From the NCBI RefSeq assembly GCF_018977255.1, contig NW_024705588.1, forward strand, positions 1 to 32,902: DNA of 32,902 nt, written 5' to 3'. This stretch comes from Callorhinchus milii (Eukaryota). The notes below the pieces were generated by a model. The model made no database searches. It worked only from the letters and a program-made list of their open reading frames with translations, and had not been told where the DNA came from. Positions within the stretch are counted from its first letter, which is position 1, and each line of letters opens with the position of its first letter. The position numbers and the translations under genes are program-made. Shown piece after piece: positions 12,601-24,087 of this stretch.

Positions 12601-12789
12601 GTAAGAACCCTTTGTGTGTACGTACACTACGTATGTTAACTCTTTCCTTTGCTCGCAACTCAAACACAAAACAACTTTAAGGGCCGAGCTTCCAAGTGTT
12701 GCCAGCCATTTGAAGTAAGTACGATGCTCCGTTTTCACCTTGCACGTGAACTGAAGCAAATATTCAAACAGCTTGAAATATATCGTTTG

Positions 12790-15160
12790 TGTGTATAGCA
12801 GTACACATGTTATGGGAGTGGTATGTAGTGTGTGTATATGCAGCACACATGTTAGTGGGAGTGGTAGTGTAGTGTGTGTATAGCAGTACACAGGTTAGTG
12901 GGAGTGTAGTGTAGTGTGTGTATACAGTACACAGGAGGGAGTGGTAGTGTAGTGTGTGATGCAGTACACATGTTAGTGGAGTGTAGTGTAGTGTTGTATA
13001 CATACACATGTTATGGTATGTGTGTTGTATACAGTACACAGGTATGGAGTGTAGTGTATGTGTGTATATGCAGCACACATGTTAGTGGGAGTGGTAGTGT
13101 GTGTATATGCAGTACACCAGGTTAGTGGAGGTAGTGTAGTGTGTGTATACAGTACACAGGGTAGTGGAGTGGTAGTGTAGTGTGTGTATGCAGTACACAT
13201 GTTAGTGGGAGTGGTAGTGTATGTGTGTATACAGTACACAGGTTAGTGTAGTGTAGGTGTGTGTACAGTACACACGTTAGTGGTAGTGTAGTGTGTGTAC
13301 AGTACACCGTTAGTGGGGAGTGTAGTGTGTGTAACAGTACACAGGGAGGGGAGTGGTAGTGTAGTGTGTGTATACATACACAGGGTAGTGGGAGTGGTAG
13401 TGTGTGTGTGTATACAGTACACAGGTTAGTGGTGTGTGTGGTATACAGTACACAGGGTAGTGGTGTGTGTGTGTGTAACAGTACACAGGGTAGTGGTAGT
13501 GTAGTGGTGGTGTGTGTATACAGTACACAGGGTAGTGGTAGTGTAAGTGTGTGTATACAGTACACAGGGTAGTGGTAGTGTAGTGTGTGTATACAGTACA
13601 CGGTTAGTGGGAGTGGAGGTAGTGTGTGTATACAGTACACATGTTAGTGGGGAGTGGTAGTGTGTATACAGTACACAGGTTAGGGGGGAGTGGTAGTGTA
13701 GTGTGTGTGTACAGTACACATGTTAGTGGGAGTGGTAGTGTAGTGTGTGTGTACAGTACACAGGTAGTGGGAGTGGTAGTGTAGTGTGTGTATACAGTAC
13801 ACAGGTTAGTGGGGAGTGGTAGTGTAGTGTGTGTATACAGTACACAGTTAGTGGGTGTAGTGTGTGTATACAGATACAGGTTATGGGGAGTGGTAGTGTA
13901 GTGTGTGGTATAAGTACACATGTAGTGGTGTGTAGTGTGTGTATACAGTCAGGTTATAGTTAGTGTACGTGGACGCCGAGGGTAGTGTAGTGTGTGATAC
14001 AGTAACAGGTTAGTGGGGAGTGTAGTGTAGTGGGGGGGGGGGTGGTGTGTAAAGTACACAGGTTAGTGGGGGGAGGTGGGTAGTGTGGGGGGGAGTGGTG
14101 GGTGTGTACAGTAAAGGTTAGTGGGTGGTAGTGTAGTGTGTGTATACAGTACAACAGGTTAGTAAGGTAGTAAAAAAAAAGGTTAGTGGGGGTGGTAGTG
14201 TAGTGGTGTGTATAAGTAAATGTTAGTGGTAGTGTAGTGTGTGTATACAGTACACAGGGTAGTGGGAGTGGTAGTGTAGTGTGTGTATACAGTACACAGG
14301 TTAGTGGGAGTGGTAGTGTAGTGTGTGTATACAGTACACAGGTTAGTGGGGAGTGGTAGGTAGTGGTGTGTGTACAGTACACAGGTTAGTGGAGTGGTAG
14401 TGTAGTGTGTGTATACCGTACACAGGTTAGTGGTAGTGTAGTGTGTGTATACAGTAACACAGGTTAGTGGTAGTGTAGTGTGTGTATACAGTACACACGT
14501 TAGTGGGAGTGTAGTGTGTGTATACAGTACACACGTTAGTGGGAGTGGTAGTGTAGTGTGTGTATACAGTACACCAGGGTATGGGAGTGGTAGTGTAGTG
14601 TGTGTATACAGTACACCAGGTTAGTGGGAGTGGTAGTGTAGTGTGTGTATACAGTACACACGTTAGTGGGAGTGTAGTGTGTGTATACAGTACACCACGT
14701 TAGTGGGAGTGGTAGTGTAAGTGTGTGTATACAGTACCCAGGGTAGTGGGAGTGGTAGGTAGTGTGTGTATACAGTAACAGGTAGTGGAGTGGTATGTAG
14801 TGTTGTATACAGAACAGGTATGGAGTGGTAGTTAGGTGTGTATACAGTACACATTAGTGTAGTGTGTGTATACAGTACACGTTAGTGGAGTGTAGTGTAG
14901 TGTGTGTGTACAGTACACAGGTTAGTGGGGAGTGGTAGTGTAGTGTGTGTACAGTAAACAGGTTAGTGGGAGTGGTAGTGTAGTGTGTGTATACAGTACC
15001 AGGGTAGTGGGATTGGTAGTGTTGTGTATACAGTACACACGTTAGTGGTATGTAGTGTATACAGTACACACGTTAGTGGTAGTGTAGTGTGTGTATACAG
15101 TACACCGTTAGTGGGAGTGTAGTGTGTGTATACAGTACCACGTTAGTGGGAGTGTAGTGT
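12790..15160. repeat. Degenerate ~40-bp minisatellite (gtgtgtatacagtacacaggttagtgggagtggtagtgta)
   Basis: Direct tandem repetition over ~2.4 kb. Confidence 0.95.
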
Positions 15161-15450
15161 AGTGGTTTGCGTCTGCGCTACGAACCCCCAAATTCGATTC
15201 CCGCTCACGGCCAACACCAGCAATGACCATCTGAACTGGTTCCGAGCCTTATCTAGGTCGACTCGTCTCAAATGAGTTACCTGGTGTAGCGGTGTGTAAA
15301 CATCGCCACTGGGGAGACAAAGGCGGCCGGGCGTGGTGCTGGCCACCCACCCCCCTCGTGTGTCGTTGCGGCCTTCACAGGTGCTGCTACTCGCTAACAG
15401 CACTTGCCCCGACTGTTTGTTCGGGGATCTTTGTCTCTTTTTCTCGAGGT
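15155..15450 (+). mobile_element. tRNA-derived SINE
   Basis: gcgctacgaaccc..ttcgattcccgctcacggccaacacc, taggtcgactcg..aaatgagttacctgg, gggagacaaaggcggccgggcgtggtgctggccacc. Confidence 0.8.
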
Positions 15451-15957
15451 GAAGATGAAACCTTGCAATGTCTTGCTAACGCCACCGCTGCTGGCAGAAT
15501 GGCCTCCACTCTGGAGAGCCCCTTTAGAGGGTGTCTTGGCCTATTCTTCCAATGCCAGCCAGGCGTCTTGTTACGAGTTGGGAGTTGGCCCACACTTTAT
15601 TCCATAACACGTGGGATGGACGGAGGTGGGCCGGGGGGGGGGGATTTAAGAAATTCGAACCAATATTTAAGCTGTGCTAACCATTGCAACACGGAGCATA
15701 TAATATATGTACGGTGATAATTATAAAATAGCACTTGCTGCGTCTGGCTTTCATTAACAACACAATGTGTGTAGGCCCGTCAGGTCACTGCATGCGTCAT
15801 GAGTTTAAGAATCAACATCATTTGATGAACTGACATAATTGTTCCCACTCCTTCCAGAGACTCAGGGTTGCTCTGCTGTAAAACAAAAGGCGCATCTGTA
15901 TCATCGTTACCGTGCGTGATTGTACGTGGGCTGTGTGTGCACGTGTGCGGTCTTCAG

Positions 15958-16055
15958 TTATGGGTCGGCGATGGGTACTGTGACCCGGTAAACAACAACG
16001 CCTACTGCCACTACGACGGAGGGGATGTTGCGTGTCCACATCCGCCTTCAAACAG
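15958..16055 (+). CDS. PAPPA: Pappalysin-family exon encoding LNR3 (Lin12/Notch repeat)
   Basis: Acceptor tcttcag|; LWVGDGYCDPVNNNAYCHYDGGD(C)CVSTSAFKQ with one 1-nt deletion at ~16026; donor cag|gtggc at 16056. Confidence 0.92.
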
Positions 16056-16428
16056 GTGGCCAAGTCGCACGCCACGCTGCACTCGCACACCATGGTCAGG
16101 TCGCACTCTCTACACACAAAGCGCTTGACACAAATGACGACCCACAATGCCTTGCTGATCTCGTCAAGGAGCATCGACCATTACGCAAACCGCGGTCTCC
16201 TCGCGGGAGCTTTTGGCAATTAGACATGCGCTTCTACGACCGTCTGGGACTCCTTCCTCACATCTTAGGAAGTGACTTTAGCAAAGCACTTTTAAATCTA
16301 GGTCCAAATACTCGTTTTCTTTAAAACTGCATTTTGCGTTTAATTTGGCACCGTTTCCTCACACTCGAAGAGTTAATCGATTGTACGTGTCTGTTGGTGT
16401 TGGTGTGCCTTTTTGTGTGTGCGTGCAG

Positions 16429-16568
16429 GTGATCACCGTTCCAGCCAGTTGTGACCGCAAGAAGGAGTGTGCTGCCGTGATCCCAGCGCCAAAGAGAATG
16501 CACAGAACGGTGGGGCGACGCGCCCACCGCTTCCCCATAGAGGGGACAACAGGGAGCTGCTGCTGCAG
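16429..16568 (+). CDS. PAPPA: Pappalysin-family C-terminal exon
   Basis: Acceptor gcgtgcag|; VITVPASCDRKKEC(A)CRDPSAKENAQ... contains the pappalysin terminal CxCRDP motif; possible donor cag|gtaaaa at 16569; true stop uncertain. Confidence 0.85.
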
Positions 16569-17179
16569 GTAAAAGCTTTTCTCTGCACTTCGCATCATCA
16601 TCATCACTACACTCTTCTCTATCACTGGGTACGACTATTGTTGTTGGATTCCCGTTGTACGGATTAGACTTCATACTCGATTTAGTCAAGCCGTGTGGTG
16701 CTTGTGAATAAGCCGAGCGGCGTGTTGCTGTAGTACGGCGGGTTGGAGTGCGGCGCTGTGCTCCGAGCCTGGCAGCCCGAGTTCGACTCCCAGGCACGGC
16801 GAGCATTAGTTGTGAGTGACGTCAGAACCGCTCCTGCTTTCCCACCAATCACCAAACACAACCCTCACTCGGCATCGTGGCCAAGTATGATCCTGGATCC
16901 CCCCGTGAGCCCATACGGCGTGGCGAGGCCGTCACCCATTGGTGCAGTGAGAGTGTGGCCGTAATTGATTTTATAAGTTGGCTATAACCGAGCCCCTATT
17001 CCAAAACAGAATTGTTTTCACAGCCACTCTTGGAATATAAAGCTGCGATTCACGCGTTGTGTTTATAGCGGCGTCCCGTTGTGTTTCCGAGTACCGTGAG
17101 CAATGCACGACTAGGCCGACGTGTCCTCGGAGCATTGATTGGAAGTCTTCATATGCACACGCGTGGATGTGGAGTGCGG

Positions 17180-17395
17180 GGGGAGCGGTGGCACAGTGGT
17201 TAGCGCACTGCGCTAGGTCGCCCGGGCACCCGAGTTCGATTACCGCTCGAGGTCGACACCGTGACGATTATCTGAACCGGTTCCGGGCATCCCCTAGGCC
17301 GACTCGGCCTTCCAATGAGCACTGGTGCATTGTGTAAACCATCGCCACCAGGCTGTGGTGCTGGCCACCCAAACCACCCCTGGAGTGCCGTGCCG
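17180..17395 (+). mobile_element. tRNA-derived SINE
   Basis: ggggagcggtggcacagtggttagcg (A box), gagttcgattacc (B box), body shared with the other copies. Confidence 0.8.
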
Positions 17396-18007
17396 GCTTC
17401 ATTGGCCACGACAGGGAACTTTGTCTTGACTTTGTATTGTGTATCCAGTATATCCACATATACATAATATATGTATACATTAGATTGCAATCTCTACATT
17501 ACAACCAACATTTGTTTTGACAGTATCATCATGCGATATACATCCGAGTTCAAATGAAGATCGTCCATTCTGATTTAGTTGTGATGAACAGGAACTGCGA
17601 GCGCAGAACCCACGTGCACGTTGTTCAGCACAGGCCACGTGGCTGGAGAGTCCTTGTGACTGTTGTAGCGCTACTCACGACTCCGCGGCAGGTTGCTGTT
17701 AGGGGCTCACGCCACGTTTATTAAGGGCTCACGCCGAACCAAAACCCCCGAGATGATAACTCCCCAGGGGACAGGGGACTGGGATTATTCCCATCATCAT
17801 TACATTCCTCGTAACAAGCGATGTTCGGGGGGGTGGTGGTGTGGTATATTTGTGGGGGACATCAGCACTGTTGTGCTAGCTGGTGTGTGGCTTCCAAGTG
17901 GATGGTGGGGTTGCCAACACTTGTCCTGGCTTGTTCAGAATCGTCTGCTTTTGAGGTAGCTGTTGCTGAGAGAGATGTGTGACTCTTTGCGGGACGTTGA
18001 AAGCCTT

Positions 18008-18353
18008 AATTCTAGATTTGAAGCTTCGTGACTGCAAGGATTCATATTCTTAGGTTTTTTCGGTAAAGTCACGTAGGTAAAACATTAAAATTAATAAAAG
18101 TTAAATAAAATAAAAATCACGACGAATAAAAAGTGTGCTGTACTTGCCCTTCCCCCCTCTCCAACCATTATATAAACGGAGTGGTAGCTCCTGCAATCTC
18201 TCATTTACTTGATACAGCTGTCGTGGCTGTGACGGTTCCACCTGAAGACGGAGGCTTGTGTTGCCTCCGAAACGTCGTGATTTTTATTTTATTTTACTTT
18301 TTTTAATTTTAATGTTTTACCTACGTGACTTTACCGAAAAAACCTAAGAATAA
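18008..18353. mobile_element. Penelope-like foldback element with hammerhead motif
   Basis: ~80-bp inverted repeats (~18046-18124 vs ~18273-18352); 12-bp TSD gttgaaagcctt (17996-18007, 18354-18365); central hammerhead core. Confidence 0.75.
18239..18279 (+). ncRNA. Minimal type I hammerhead ribozyme motif
   Basis: cac CTGAAGA c ggaggc-ttgtgtt-gcctcc GAAA CGTC gtg. Confidence 0.7.
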
Positions 18354-19329
18354 GTTGAAAGCCTTGGCTTTTGTCAGTTCCATTAAAAATAACAATAATT
18401 GCACGCCGCTCTAGACTGCATTTTCACGTAGTGGTTGCCCAAGAATAAATTCTCGATTCGATGAACAAATCGCGAGTTGCTTCTTGTGCTCCTCCCCAGA
18501 TGGTGACACTGATGTGGCGGCAGCGGCGTCCGCTGCTCATCGCAGGAGCTCACGGACAGAGTCCAGCGGCCGCCTGGTCAATGCCGTGGTGTTCGCTTAC
18601 CAGAGAAGCACTGCGCGCCAGCTGCTTTGAAGATCCTGTGATGTCATTCACAGCAGGCGCAAGCCACTGCGGGGCAAGAATCGTGGTCCGAATTTGTCGA
18701 ATTTGAAAAACTACCCCACACCATTACACAGTTGTACCCCCGACTGTGAAAACTTGGCAGGACCCTTCTCAAAAAAGTTCATGACTCTTTGAGGCCTTTC
18801 CTGGCTGAACAAGCATTAAATTGCTCGTAATATATGTGGATGAGTGTAATGGCTCGGATGGATGTCGAAATTAATGGTTTAGAGGGCCGAATGTACCCCG
18901 TCTGTGGTGTTTCCCAAATGAAATGTTACCATTGCTACACAAAATGGCCCCCTCAAAGTTCTCCCTTTCCACCTCTAACCCCCCAACCATCGATGCGGTT
19001 AGTCGATCGGTGGCGGGGTGAAGTGTGGTGGGCGTTTGCGACCACTTCAACAGCATACCTACGACGTGAGCTTTCTAAAGCTCCCTCTAGTTGAGGCATT
19101 CCTAGCGGCAGCGGTGTTAGTAAAGCGATCGACTGCAGGGCCGCACCTTTACCCAAGCGTGAAGGGCATGTTTAGGATCTTGCTAAAGCTCATGAAAGCC
19201 ACTCCACTTGCATGGTTAGGCAGGATGTGGCAGCCATTTTATAACGAGATGATTTTGGTTATATTCTTCATTGTATTATTTTGTGGTTTTCTTGCTGACT
19301 GACTGTTTTGTTCGTGTTTCCCTCGGCAG

Positions 19330-20310
19330 GTGCAGAATATTTGGTGCTATTTAATGTATTGCAATGTATTGCAATGTGCGTAAATGTTTACGTTTCAAAT
19401 GTCTGCGGAGTGCTTCTCGGGCCTTTAAGTTTAGCAATGAGATGTTGTTTGAAAGCCCCGAGAGGCAATGTTTTCATTAATACATTGCGTAACATGCATT
19501 TTCTCAATTAATTCTGTCGGTTAAAGGGCAAAACATTATGGAAAATGTATTTAGATGATTTAAGCGCTTCCATTTTTGTAAGATGAGCGGCTGAATGAAT
19601 GAAAATGAATTTTTTGCCAAAGTTGAAATTAAAACTTGAGCGAGCCAGCACACCTTGGCAGATGCAAACATCAACGACTCCTCTAAAGATGCAAACATCC
19701 CCCTGTGTGTCTGCACGCTATTAGAGATGGAATAAATGCCCGACCCCTTACATGTTTTCTTCTTGTTGTAGTATTTAGGTCTATATTGTTTTGTTGCCAT
19801 TGCCAAGTTGAAACACGGTACGTTGTGAAACCGTGCAGACCACACGCAAGCAGGGAAATGTTTGCGAAAAAAGCCTTTCGCGAAAACTGCCAAGTCTAAA
19901 TCGGTGCTAGAAACCAGTTATCACAATTCCACGTGTTTTGTTTGCCGAGAAGAAGAAGAAAATGGACTAAGATGCGGGGGGAGGAGGGGAAAATCGTCGG
20001 AAATTGTACATATCAATGATGCCTTGTGGTGTCGGTGCGATGGGGCCATCTGTGTGTCAGTCTGTCTCTTGAGATGCACGTCCTAGCAACATTTCTCACT
20101 TCCTGAAGATTTGTGGCCAGATTTCAAGACTGTTTTTGCCAGTTATTATTATTTTAAATCTCTAACCCTCTCCTCATCCAAAGTGTCAAGTCCAGAGTCT
20201 TGGATATTTCGCAAACCCCCTCCCCCCGCCCCTTTTATCACTTGGCATAATACAATGTGAGCAAATGTCAATGTCTGGTTCTGCTGTTATCCTTTGACAT
20301 TTTAATAAAA
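19330..20310 (+). other. Possible terminal/3'UTR exon of the pappalysin gene
   Basis: Pyrimidine tract plus acceptor ttcgtgtttccctcggcag|, then AT-rich unique sequence with AATAAA at ~19731 and ~20303; no transcript evidence. Confidence 0.3.
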
Positions 20311-20580
20311 ACGGCATGCACTTCATTGGCGTTGTGTTACCTTTATAATGCACGATTGGTTGGATTTTCTAGGAACTTTAGCATTGACACTCAAGGAAAC
20401 GACTGCCATTCACTGCAAAGCGGTGGTGGTATCGCCGCGGTCATCGCCCAGCAAAGGCCAGACTCCTCGCGAGGTGATCAAGGACATGTCACCAAGAGAC
20501 GACAGCACGCGTCGAGTGGGTGTGTCTGCCACTACGAGTGTAGTGTTCTTGCAGGGAGACAGAGTCTTCGTAGAGGCAAC

Positions 20581-20751
20581 ACATGAACACACACACACGC
20601 ACATGTGTACACACACACGCACATGTGTACACACACATGTGTACACACACTCATCATGAGTACACACACTAATGTACACACACGTGTACATACACACACA
20701 TGTGTACACACACACTCATAATTACACACACAGTACACACACACATGTACA
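20581..20751. repeat. CA-rich repeat (acacacatgtgtac)
   Basis: Direct observation; abuts the RTE copy 3 tail. Confidence 0.85.
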
Positions 20752-23700
20752 CAACAACAACAACAACCGCCATTAAGTGGCGGTGACGTCACCACGACGC
20801 TTGTGCCAGGCCAAGTGCACCTTGAGGCCACGTGGTGTCGAACGCCCGCTGGCAGGAGGTCACGGGGCAGACCCAGGTGCCACGGGTCGACTGACCGAGA
20901 TGACCGAGATGACTGGCTGATGCACCACCTGTGCCCCCTACTGTGCCAACTTGCTGTGCTTTAGCCACCCGGCGCTCCGCTCGTTGTTGTGAGCGTCGCT
21001 CCTCCGCCCTCCGTTGTTGTTGGAGGGCGACTGCCTCCAACTGCCCAGTAGCGTCCTTCACGAGCCTCCTCCACAGAGGCCGATCTTGACACCGCTGGTA
21101 CCAGTCATCGGCAAGTCCACTCAGCTCCACGTCCTCCTGTACCACATCACTCCATCTCTTCTCTAGCCCGTGCCGCGCCCGTTTAGCCCCCTCGATCCGG
21201 CCGAACAAAAGCTGTTTAGGCATGCGGTGGCTGGGCATGCGGGCTACATGACCCAGCCAACGCAGCCTTGCCTGCCGGAGGAGCTCACCGATGGACTTTG
21301 CCCAGATCTTTCAAGGATTTGTGAGCTCCTCACACAATCCAGCCTGGTTAAACCCAGGATGGATCGTAGGCAGGCCAGCCTAAATGTTTCCAACCGGCGA
21401 AGATGCTCCATTAGGGGGGTCCACGTTTCGCAAGCGTAGAGAAGGGAGGGAATGACCGTGGCCGAGAAGACCTGAAGCTTCGTGCGGAGCGACAGACCAG
21501 GTAGCTTCCACACAGCGTTACGCAACCGATGAAAAGATATTGCCGCTCGACTGATTCGGAGTGAGACCTCTGCTGTAAACTGGAGCCGGTCATAAGCACA
21601 CTGCCCAGGTATGGGAAACTCTCCACTCTCTCCACAACTGCCCCATCACCAATTGGGAGTTGTGGGGGTGGAGTGTCCGATGGTACAAAATACCCAGGCA
21701 GGTGCTTAGTTTTGGTGGGGCTGATGGTAAGGCCCCACCTCTTAGTGGCACGCTCCAGTCTCAGCAGCAGCGTCTCCAACTCCTCTCTGAATGAGCAGCT
21801 ATTACCAAATCATCGGCATACATAACGTGGTTGACCAATAGGGAGCCATCCCTTGATCGCACCCGGGCATCGATCAGCCTCCCATTATATCTGTACCAAA
21901 TGGAAATTCCCCGGTACAGCTATTGAAGGCTTCACGAACTACGTGGTCAAAATAGATGTTAAATAATGTGGGAGCCAGAGGACATCCCTGTCGCACCCCA
22001 AGGTGTACAGGGAAAGGCTCCGACTCCCGGCCACGTAGTTTTACCCGGGCCCGCTCACCATCATGAAGGTCCTTAATGATCGTGAGCAGAGGGTCAGGGA
22101 CTCCGAAAGCACGAAGAACAACCCAGAGCCCAGCCTACTGATGGTATCATAGGCCTTGACCAGGTCAATAAAGCAGAGATGTAGGTCTTTTGGAATTCCC
22201 TACACCTCTGCTGTAGCAGACGGACAGAAAATATGGCATCTGTGCAGGACCGCCCTTTCCTGAAACCGCATTGGGGCTCCGCAAGCCTCTCCTCAGCGTG
22301 CCTAGCAAGGCGATGTTGAATAATCCTTGCCAGGACCTTTCCCGGCACACTGAGGAGTGAGATGCCCCTGTAGTTGTTACAGTCTGTGCGGTCCCCCTTC
22401 TTAAAGAGGGGGACCACCAGGGCATCCTTCCAGTCCTGCGGAACCCGTCCAGTGGTCCAGACTGTTGTTATGATGTCATATAGGGCAGTCTGTGCACAAA
22501 CGCCACCCTCCCTCAGCATTTCGCTTGGGAGATCATCTCTGCCCGGTGCCTTCCTGGTCTCAGACTCCGGATCGCCCTCAGTACTTCCTCAACAGCTGGC
22601 ACCTCAGCCAGCCACTCACAGGGGGTGACCTCTTCCAATATTTGAGGCACCGCAGCCTCAGCAGGGTTATCCCCACTTTGTGCCATGATGTTTTCCTGGC
22701 TGAGAGATTTCCCTCCCCCAGGACCTCACAGAAATGCTCAGCAAATCTGCAAACCTGTTCCTGGGGTCGGAGATTGGATCACCGTTTTTTCCCTAATGAT
22801 GGTAATAGGTGTGGCGCTGCAGGTTACTTTTTTGATGGAGTTAAATAGTGATTTGTGATCGCGGGCCACTGAGGCAGACTCCATCTCCTCAGCAACCCGC
22901 GACCACCACCCATCCTTGCAGCGCCTTACGGCTCTCCGAACCTCCGAGCGAAGGCTGCGGTAAACCTCCTCATTCTCTGACGTGGGATGCTGTAGCGATG
23001 AGAGTGGGCCTGTCGCTTTTTCTCAACTACCTGAACACCTCCTCTGTCAGCCAGGGTTTCTGGGGAGGTCTGGACCGCGTACCCAAAGCAGCCATTGCAG
23101 CTGCATGAGTCACAGTCTTAAACCTCGCCCATTTACCCTCGACATCAGGTGGAGTGGGGGACGATGCCAACCCCAGCTGCAAGCGATGATGAAATTCTCG
23201 CTTGCAACTTTCATCAGCTAACTGAGACCAGGCCACTTTTGGTTGGAATGGGGTCCTGGGTGTACACCCACCACCGGAGTGGAAGAATGGCAGGCGCATC
23301 TTACAGATGACTAGTCGATGGTCAGAGGGCAGATCAGCTCCACGGTAGGTCCTGGTGTCAAGGACATGGGCTCGCATCCGCTGGTCCGTCACTATGTAGT
23401 CCAGCAGATGTTCTTGCTTGGACCCGGCATGCATCCATGATGTTGTGTGGATGCGCCGATGCCGGAAGAGCGTGTTGGTAATTACAAGCCCATGGGCTGC
23501 ACAAAAATCTAGCAGCCTCCTACCGTTGTTATTGAGCTGATCTGGCCCATGCCTTCCAATCACTCCAGACCAGGTGCCAGCATCATGACCAACTCGGGCA
23601 TTGAAGTCACCCAACAAGATGACTCTGTCCCGAGTGGCCACTTTAGCCAGCACCTGTGACAGGAGGTCATAGAAGCGTCTGACTCATCGGCTTTGCCTGC

Positions 23701-24087
23701 ATCCCTCCACGGATGTTCGTCTTCGGTGGGGGCATAAGTAACCACGACCACCACTCCTCGCCTCTGGTTGATGGGAAGGCGAGCCCAAAGTATCCTGGGG
23801 CTTACAGCTTCCCACACCTCACCGCCACGCTCCCACGCCCCCTTCATTCTTTTGTTCAGAAGAAGAGCCACACCCTGTTGTTTGGCAGTCTCCTGCCCCG
23901 AGTAGAGGACTGTCCACCCCTCATGGTGGCAGGAGCCAGAACCGGTCCACCGGACCTCCTGAATGCCACAGAGATCCAGGCGGTACCGGTCCAGCTCCCG
24001 ACAGAGGAGTGGCAGCCTCTCCTCCGCAGTGAGCGTTCGAACATTCCACGTGGCCATCCGCAATGGTTTTTCGTTGTTTCTGGAGGA
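20752..24087 (-). mobile_element. RTE copy 3, near full length (truncated just 5' of APE domain)
   Basis: Near-identical to 501-3827 with the same APE/RT/zinc-finger motifs (including VILLGDFNARVG); CA-rich repeats on both sides. Confidence 0.93.

Noticed and set aside
16709..16960. Second SINE family (B-box-like gagttcgactcc at ~16779)
   Set aside because: Single occurrence in the window with a weak A box; cannot be supported without a repeat search.
17180..17260. Bona fide tRNA gene (also 28587, 32704)
   Set aside because: A/B boxes are followed by a shared non-tRNA body and no proper acceptor stem is evident; these are SINE heads.
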